Shown: one piece after another, positions 55,529 through 64,000 of the stretch | How positions within the stretch are numbered: the stretch's first letter is position 1 | How the letters are laid out: each line of letters opens with the position of its first letter | Source: Octopus vulgaris | Taxonomy: Eukaryota | Reading direction: 5' to 3' | Assembly: GCA_951406725.2 (NCBI GenBank) | Contig: OX597835.1 | Location: 48,484,001 to 48,548,000, forward strand | DNA length: 64,000 nucleotides | Notes under the pieces: generated by a model | Databases searched by the model: none | The model's input: only the letters and a program-made list of their open reading frames with translations | What the model was told of the DNA's origin: nothing | Position numbers and translations under genes: made by a program

Positions 55529-55609
55529 CCATGCTGATGAGGAAAATGGTTGGTAAAGTATAACTCGACATTCTTTATACCGATCTAATTCCGAAACGGG
55601 CGTCCATGG
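55529..55609 (+). ncRNA. Type-I hammerhead ribozyme motif with intact core
   Basis: Stem I ccatg/catgg, CTGATGA (55534-55540), stem II ggaa/ttcc extended by ggttggt/accgatc and aaag/cttt, GAAAC-gggc-GTC (55593-55604). Confidence 0.85.
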
Positions 55610-55789
55610 ATGACCAGATATTGATTGATTTTCGTTACTTTACCTCTCTGCCTGTGCGGATTGTTTTCACGTATTGTGGTTTCTCTGGGAGTCCCTTTTT
55701 AAAGTAGAAGAAATAGCTAAGGTTTCTGGCTGCTATTTCTAAACTTCGGAATGTGGTAAAGCAAATCTTTGCTGAACCCTAATAATTAA

Positions 55790-55825
<36 letters not shown>

Positions 55826-55829
<4 letters not shown>

Positions 55830-56033
55830 GCTAGCACGCATAAAATAGTATAGTCAATAGACAACATATTTTTCATATAAAATTAGCGCACATTTATATA
55901 CAAAAGAGGTGACCCTCACAGGACACCAGTTTACTATTTGATGTATGCTAGCCACTGGTAGAAAATTTTCTAATTTTCCTACCCTATATATATTTTCTCA
56001 ATATGATTTTCGTAATTTTGAAGAAAAGTTGGC
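55826..56033. repeat. Asymmetric fold-back insert in (TA)n
   Basis: ~25-bp inverted arms at 55826-55850 and 55932-55956 (agtggctagca/tgctagccact); right arm extends to a TA tract. Confidence 0.75.
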
Positions 56034-56101
<68 letters not shown>

Positions 56102-56365
56102 GTTTATTCGCTGCCGACTACAAGTGCGCATGCGCAGTGGATTTGAAAAATTATAATGTATAAAGATGAGACATGAGCCCTCTATTTGTCCCATAATTAT
56201 ACGTTAATTTTTAGCGCCTTGCTGTTGACAAATTATTTTATTTGTTTCTTAATGTTCGAAACCTAGGTACAAGAGGTAACTATTGAAAATGTTTTTATTT
56301 TTCATCCCCCTCGAAATTACTCTTAACCGAGTTTTGGGCTTTGACTGCTCCTTTTAGCATATATA

Positions 56366-56875
56366 TATCTGTAAAAATCATATGTGACAATTACTCGGTA
56401 GTCAAGCTATAATTCTAAGTTTCGGATGCCGAGGTGGAAATCCACACCACCATCTCTTCAGTTATTTGGCCATCGGAAAGACGCGATGAAAACAGACCGT
56501 TATATTTCATAATGATGTATGCGTACGCAAGTGGGTGTGCGAGCGCACATGTGTACGTATGAACAGACACGCTTACGCGTTTACTATGAACTTTTAACCT
56601 TATCTTAATAAGCGGTCTTTTGAATTCGCGCTTTTGTATAATTAGCGGTCTATAACACAGTAATTTCCCTTTGTATAACGGTCTTTTTTCATAGCGTTTT
56701 TCTGATGGTCAGATAACTGAAGAGATGGTGGTGTGGATTTCCACCTCGGCATCCGAAACTTAGAGTTTTATCTTGGTTAGCGAGTAATTGTCACATATTA
56801 TTTTTACAGATAAAATCCTCTATTTACATAATATTGAGGTCTGTTTCTTTCTTTTGTTATCTTGCCGTTTTTACC
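56366..56875. mobile_element. Fold-back Penelope-like terminal element (same family as 7366-7663)
   Basis: Arms 56366-56504 and 56674-56812; right arm extends to the terminus ttatcttgccgtttttacc, then TA/TG tract. Confidence 0.9.
56711..56773 (+). ncRNA. Type-I hammerhead ribozyme motif with intact core
   Basis: agataa-CTGAAGA-gatg..gtgg/ccac..catc-c-GAAACT-tag-AGTT-ttatct. Confidence 0.75.
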
Positions 56876-56976
<101 letters not shown>

Positions 56977-56984
56977 CTCACAAA

Positions 56985-57785
56985 CACGCCTAATATAACT
57001 AGATGAACTTAAAAAGTTCCTACTAGAACAAAAATACCCATAAACTAATAAAAAATGTAATCTCAAGGGCAATGAAACTAGACATCACACAACTCATGAC
57101 CCCCAAAACAAAAAACAAAGAAAATATTATCCCTTTCATAAACACACACAACCCTGGAGTTACCAACATGTTTCAAATCATACATTCAAACCTGCCAATA
57201 GTCTTACAAAGGCCCAAAATGGAAAACATACTAAACAAATATTGCATAAAAAAGAGTAGACGACAAAACAAAAACCTGAAGAAACATCTAACAAGAGCGA
57301 AATTATCATCAGAAACTAAAACTGAATTCTTTGTAAAAGAGTGCGGAGATGGTTGATGTGGGATCTGCAGCAATCCCACCTACAAATACATAGAGGGAGA
57401 CAAAGAAATGAAGTTTAAAAGTGGTCACATATTCAAAATAAATGCAGATATGAACTGCAAGACGCAGAACGTAATATACTGCATAACCTGCCCCACATGC
57501 AAGGAGTGAAACTGGAAATTCTTTATGCCAACGAGGCAGAATTCACCGACAACATGTCCGACAGGAGGAACTGCGCAATATACCACTGAGTAAACACCTA
57601 GATACATGTGGAGAAGGAAAATTTAAGATCTTTCCCTTCTACAAATGTCCAAAGAATGACACCTCCTTCAAGAGGAATATGGAAAAATACTTCATAACTA
57701 AGTTCTCCCCCAAATTGAATGGCTGAAAATATCTCTATAATAAGCTGTACCAGATGAAGGACCAAATTTGTTAAGTAAATTGTAT
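56985..57785 (+). pseudogene. Penelope-like element 3' fragment (RT-EN linker plus GIY-YIG), degenerate
   Basis: IPFINTHNP..SRRQNKNLKKHLTRAK..VKECGDG*CGIC..FKINADMNCKTQNVIYCITCPTCK..HLDTCG..FKIFPFY..EKYFITKFSPKLN; flanked by TG/CA tracts. Confidence 0.88.
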
Positions 57786-57786
57786 T

Positions 57787-57849
<63 letters not shown>

Positions 57850-58696
57850 GTTCTACACATATGTTTTGGTTTTTGAAAATGCAACATTGAACAAATAGTA
57901 CTCTAATATGTGAATGAAATCATTTTACTTTCATTTGTAGAACCAGTTACTTCTGTATGATTAAACGTAATATTTATTCAACTGTCAATCAGTGAGATAT
58001 TAGACTAAATCAATTGAGGATCAGACAACGGACTCAGTGGTTGTCAGTTTGTATTCTGTCATCTGTAACTTCAACACAAGAAAGTCTCTTTCTCAAGTAT
58101 GGACCTTATGAAATTTTGCTCATCATACACTGAAGGACAAATCTTTCAATATATAATTTAACAAACATAGTGTAGCATTTAGTACACTGTATATTATTCT
58201 ATATTCTTGCTGATCACCAAAGCAAATTGACTTTTAAAATGTGAATAAAACAAACCTGTTTTTGTAATCCAGATTTTCCATCCCATGTAAGCACAGGAAT
58301 CAAACATTGGATTGAAAGACCTGAATAGTCGAATAAATATCAACACAACTATTTCTTCTTCCTCTTTTTCTTCTTTCTTCCCTTCCAGATTCACAGGCGC
58401 CCACACACAAACCTTCACAAAACAATAATAAAAAGAAATCCAAACAATTCTTTTTTGAAATAGCCAATTTCTAAAAACCAAAAATCATTTACAGTTGCAA
58501 GAATATAAACAAAAGTGGCACTCTTGACCATTTCTAAAAGCCGATGACTGGTTACTCTTAACAACTGGACCATTCCTCCTTAACACTCCTTTCAGATATA
58601 AAGACACAAATACAAACATACGCGCGCACAAACACACACACACACACACACACCTTCTCTCACAAGGTAACAATAAAAAGGAAATACAATTTATGG

Positions 58697-59140
58697 TCTT
58701 CTTTCTCTTCCTTTTCTTCCTTTCCTTTTTTTCTTTAACACTTCTTTCAAATACAAACACACACGCACACACACACTTGCACTCTCTCACTTTCGCCCCA
58801 TTCATCACCCTCTTGTACTATCTTATATCCCTCCCCACCACTACACACTCAATAACACTATAAAATGGTCAAATTTTTCCCCAAAATCTTAGACCCCCCC
58901 TTGGTGTAAATATCCTAACCAACACCAGCAAAACAATTTTTTCTTCTTCCCTCTCTCCCTTTTCTTCCTTTCCTTCTTTTTCTTTAACACTCTTTCAGAT
59001 ACAAAAACACACACACAAACACACACACGCACACACACACACATATGCTCTCTCTCACTTTCTACCCATTCATCACCCTCTTGTACTATCTTATATCCTT
59101 CCCCACCACTACACACTCATTAACACTATAAACTGGTCAA
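58697..59140. repeat. Tandem ~170-200-bp direct duplication
   Basis: 58697-58872 and 58940-59140 share cccattcatcaccctcttgtactatcttatatcc..ccccaccactacacactca.taacactataaa.tggtcaa; partial third unit at ~58578-58650. Confidence 0.88.
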
Positions 59141-59338
59141 CATTGAACTTAGTTCAATTTGAAAACTCAACCAGAATGGACGAAAGCGCTAATATATGAT
59201 ATATGATATAAGTTATATGATGTATAAAAACATGTATTATACAGATAAATATCTGTAAATATAAAACCATCCGAATTTCTGAGTACCTCATTTCTTCTAA
59301 TATAAAATACCTGTACATCATCTCCAAACCTTCTAATA

Positions 59339-59374
<36 letters not shown>

Positions 59375-59544
59375 TGTATGTATGTATGTATGTATGTATG
59401 TATGTATGTATGTATGTATGTATGTATGTATGTATGTATGTATGTATGTATGTATGTACTAGCTGACGTACCCGGTAATTCCCGGGATTGCGGGGCTTAT
59501 TTCTTGGTTCCGTTCTCATTATTGTTTCTCTAATCTAATAACTA

Positions 59545-59770
59545 TTTCTTTACTACCCACAAGGGGCCAAACACAGAGGGTACAAACAAGGACAGACAAA
59601 TGGTTTAAGTCGATTACATCGACCCCAGTGCGTAACTGGTACTTAATTTATCGACCCCGAAAGGATGAAAGGCAAAGTCGACCTCGGCGGAATTTGAACC
59701 CAGAACGTAACGGCAGACGAAATACGGCTACGCATTTCGCCCGGTGTGCTAACGTTTCTGCCAGCTCGCC
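59545..59770 (-). mobile_element. SINE family B, Tx1-like tail subtype
   Basis: Same structure as 10873-11103. Confidence 0.92.
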
Positions 59771-60649
59771 GAATAACAACAATACAAAGCTTGCAACACT
59801 TAAACGGTTTTTGTAGTCCCCAAAAGAGCTTTAATGCATTCCCAGAGTATACAGAACTTAGGAGTAAATACTAACAAGGCATGTATATTAAAATTGTTTC
59901 GTAATAACAGGCTAATCAGATATGAGATAATAACGATTCAAAGTAAATAACTCTGAAAAGGGCTTTTGTGCGTTCCCAGAGAATATTACCCTCAGCGGTG
60001 TTAGTGTTGGTATATTCGTGAATAAGTCACTAACCGAAATAAGCGCATCTATTGTTTAGGAAAATACTATTTACTTGTTTAAGGGTTGTACTGGATAAAT
60101 TGCGAAAATAACTAACAGTTAAAATACTAAGAAATAAGCATACTCAATTTGATTTATACCAAATAATTTAGGAAGATTGATAAGTTATTTCCTATGGCTG
60201 TTAAAATCTAGGCGAATGGGTTATTTCCCTTGGTTATTAATATGAAACATACCAAATATATATAAGGATCCCTTCCAAGGGCACTATTATCGATTTTTTC
60301 AACAGTCTGAGTACGCCATGAAGTTTCCAGACATGAGTTCACCTCATGTTTCAGGAGGAGTTAGCTAACAACTCCACAAACACACCCACAGACCGAGTTT
60401 CCTACTTATGTAGTAGATATATAAACAAACACACATACACATGCATTCTTATATACGTACACACATACATATATGCATATGCATACTTATTTGTGTATGT
60501 GTGTGTGTGTATGTATGTCGGTAATGGACCGGAAGTATATTTACTCTACACCGAGGTCTTGGGCAAATAATTTTTTTTAAATGTGTTTTTGCTGTTTCCA
60601 TGGTACCCAAGATTTTAGTCTGACACAACCGTTTTTTGAACCAGAATTA

Positions 60650-60686
<37 letters not shown>

Positions 60687-60834
60687 GTGATGTTTCCCCA
60701 AATTAGTCATCGTTGTTCTTCGTTTAAGTTGTATGATTCAATGATGGCGAGTGGCATATTGGTCGACATGTTTGGATCCCAATTATTAATTCCTGGGTTC
60801 GAATCGTTCATCCTGTGCCTTCTTTGAACAAGAC

Positions 60835-60911
<77 letters not shown>

Positions 60912-60933
60912 TAGTAGTAGTAGCAGCAGCAGC

Positions 60934-60968
<35 letters not shown>

Positions 60969-60975
60969 CAGCAGC

Positions 60976-61013
<38 letters not shown>

Positions 61014-61061
61014 GAGATGATGATGATGATGATGATGATGAGGAGGAGGAGGAGGAGGAGT

Positions 61062-61523
61062 AAGGCGGTGAACTGGCAGATTCTTTAGCACGCCGGGCGA
61101 AATGCTTAACAGCATTTCGTCCTTCCCTACGTTCTAAGTTCATATTCCGCTCTGGTCGACTTTGCATTTCACCCATTCGAGGTCGATGAAATAAGTACTA
61201 GTTACACATGATGCAATCGACTACCGAGCTCTCCGCAAATTTCAGGCCTGTGCCTATATTAGATTGGATTATTATTAGGATTATTATTATTGTTGTTGTT
61301 GTTGTTATAAAGTCGGCCAACTGGCAGAACCATCAGCACGCCTTGCAAAATGTTTCACGGCATTTCGTCCGTCATGACATTCTGTGTTCATATTCCACTG
61401 ATGTCGACTTTGCCTTTAATCCTTTCAGGTTCAATAAAAAAAAGTACCAGTTATGCACTGGGGTCGTTGTAATCGACTTACTCCTGCCACAAAATTGCTG
61501 GCCTTGTACCAAAACTTGAAACC
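61062..61523 (+). mobile_element. Head-to-tail pair of SINE family B copies (61062-61265 and 61308-61523)
   Basis: Two heads (aactggcaga..) and cores (gtcgactttgc.ttt..cc.ttc.gg) separated by an ATT/GTT tract. Confidence 0.85.
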
Positions 61524-62221
61524 TTTATTACTATCGATATTTTAGTGTTCTAGTTTCCTTAATTTTGGGGTTCAGCTTTCCTTTATTATTCCTCCTTATT
61601 TATTTACTGTTTTTGAAGTTGTTGTTATTATGTCTACTATTGATACTGCTGCTGTTGCTGCCGCTGGTGTTGTTGTTGTTGTTGCTTTTATCATTCTCCG
61701 CCCAACAAAGTAGTTTTTAATTACATTTAGACAGCTTTAACTTTTGAGAGGAAAAACGTATTTCCTTTCTCTTTAAAAATCTTCAACCTCTTCATTATCA
61801 TCATCGTCGTCATCATCATCGTCCTCCTCCTCTTCATCATCATCATCATTGTCGTCCTCATCATCCTGTCCAACGGCATTATTACTTGCCAAGCTTCACT
61901 AAAATCCGACGCGTATTCTCGCATCTTATTTACTGTTCGTTTTTATGTTTTGAGAGTCCCCCAAGCTTTGCGCGCGCTAGCGTCCTTACCGGCGGCTGTG
62001 TATATTTATATATATATATGTGTGTGTATGTGTGTGTGTGTGTGTATACTAATACGTGTGTGTTTGTGATTTTGTCCGTTTTAGGCGATTCTATACGTGT
62101 GTATTTGTTTACTCTTTTTTCTTAAACTGGTTCTTTATTTTGTATGTTTTTCTTTATTGCCCTCTGAGTGATTAGATGGTTAGGGTTCAGGAGAATGAAT
62201 GAAAAGAAAAAAAAGAAAGTG

Positions 62222-62276
<55 letters not shown>

Positions 62277-62381
62277 GGGAAGAAATGAGCGGAACGGTGG
62301 AGGAATGGAAGGAAAACAAATACATACACAGACTCACACACATACATATGTATATGTATGTGTATATATATACATATATAT

Positions 62382-62423
<42 letters not shown>

Positions 62424-62799
62424 GCATATATATATATATATATGTGTGTGTGTATATATATAGGCATATGTATGTCTATATGTTCATACAAAGAGAGAGA
62501 TATATACACACATGTATAGCATGCATGTATATTCATGTATATGTCTGTGTGTATAAAATGATATATCAATAGAGAGTGAGAAATATACATGATATAATTT
62601 ATCAATATGTCTGTTAATGTGGTTAGCGTTCTAAAAGTCGCCATTTTAGGAGAGCTGCCATTTTATAAGGTCTAGCACTTTGAGCATTATCGCTGTTGTC
62701 TTTTGTTTTAGTGTTGCCATCCTTAGTCCATAAGGTTGTTGCTGTGTTCATTGTTTCTAATGCTGTTGTTGTTGTTGTTTGTTGTCGCTGCTAATGTCA

Positions 62800-63029
62800 T
62801 TACTCTTTACTCTTTTACTCTTTTACTTGTTTCAGTCATTTTGACTGCGGCCATGCTGGAGCACCGCCTTTAGTCGAGCAAATCGACCCCAGGACTTATT
62901 CTTTGTAAGCCCAGTACTTATTCTATCGGTCTCTTTTACTGAACCGCTAAGTGACGGGGACATAAACACACCAGCATCGGTTGTCAAGCAATGCTAGGGG
63001 GACAAACACAGACACACAAACATACACAT

Positions 63030-63080
<51 letters not shown>

Positions 63081-63242
63081 TACGACAGGCTTCTTTCAGT
63101 TTCCGTCTACCAAATACACTCACAAGGCATTGGTCGGCCCGGGGCTATAGCAGAAGACACTTGCCCAAGATGCCACGCAGTGGGACTGAACCCTGAACCA
63201 TGTGGTTGGTTAGCAAACTACTTACCACACAGCCACTCCTGC
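62800..63242 (-). mobile_element. SINE family A, full length
   Basis: Reverse complement of 11558-11973. Confidence 0.93.
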
Positions 63243-64000
63243 TGCTGTGATTTTTATAAAACTATTTCTGTTGGTGCTTCTGCCCCTTTTTTAAAAAAGT
63301 TTTCTTGATTTTGCTGTGGATGCTGTGTTTCTATTCTCTCTGTTGTCTTCGTTCTTTTAGTTATTAATCTAATAGTGCTAAGGTTGGTATTTTTGATATT
63401 TTTCACTGACATCGTCTTCGTGATCGTCGTGCTTCTGTTGTTGTTCTTAGATTCATTATTGCTGTTGATGTTTAGCCCTCGGCAACCTCTGATATAGCAT
63501 CCCAATGGATCAAATTCGTTGCATCAGTGACCATATCTACTTTCACTTTACTGACGGTACGTTGTTGTTTGAGGAAGATTTCGGTTACCATTTCTAAGAT
63601 CACAAATTCAAGTATGTTACTGTTGGTGTGATACGATTTCTTTCTCTTCCATTTAATTTTCACTTAGTTATGTGCGTTGATGTTGTTGTTGTTGCTAATG
63701 CTGCTGTTTAACCCTAGGTAATGCTTGACTAAGTAAACATAACTAAAGATATTCAGTTTTTTTAGGGCAATGTGGATCCACTTTATTCCATGAATCCTTT
63801 CCTTTTAAGACAATGTAACTTTTGATATGTACTAGGAGAATTTTGCTGTTATTTCTAGCTTGTCGAACGGCCACATAGACGATTGTTGACTCCTGTGTCT
63901 CCTTGTGTATATGTGTATGTAGCTTAGTAAATGTGTATGAATAGATGTGTACATATGTATGTGCATGTGTATTGTATGTTTGTGGACGCACGTTTGTGTA

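Noticed and set aside
63254-63663. Two overlapping minus-strand ORFs near the window end
   Set aside because: Low-complexity composition, with no recognisable domain or clear splice signals.

Overview
AT-rich, microsatellite-saturated eukaryotic non-coding DNA. The repeat complement looks like a coleoid cephalopod, probably Octopus (inference only). No intact protein-coding gene is evident, and nearly all ORFs in the track are artefacts of (TA)n, (CA)n, (GATA)n, (AAT)n and (AAG)n tracts. The window is a graveyard of mobile elements: four tRNA-type SINE families, Penelope-like (GIY-YIG) retroelement ends, R4/Dong, Tx1 and RTE LINE fragments, a probable LINE ORF1, and Tc1, mariner and hAT DNA transposons. 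Four patterns stand out. (1) At least nine asymmetric fold-back inserts sit mostly in (TA)n tracts with their 3' ends pointing outward. Several of these, and related termini, carry type-I hammerhead ribozyme motifs, often with long stem II and short palindromic stem III; the cores are intact at 55529-55609, 56711-56773 and 55112-55152. (2) A SINE shares its 3' tail with a (GATA)n-embedded Tx1 LINE. (3) An R4/Dong derivative is internally deleted. (4) Retroelement classes partition among different microsatellite targets. All alignments and folds were done by eye.
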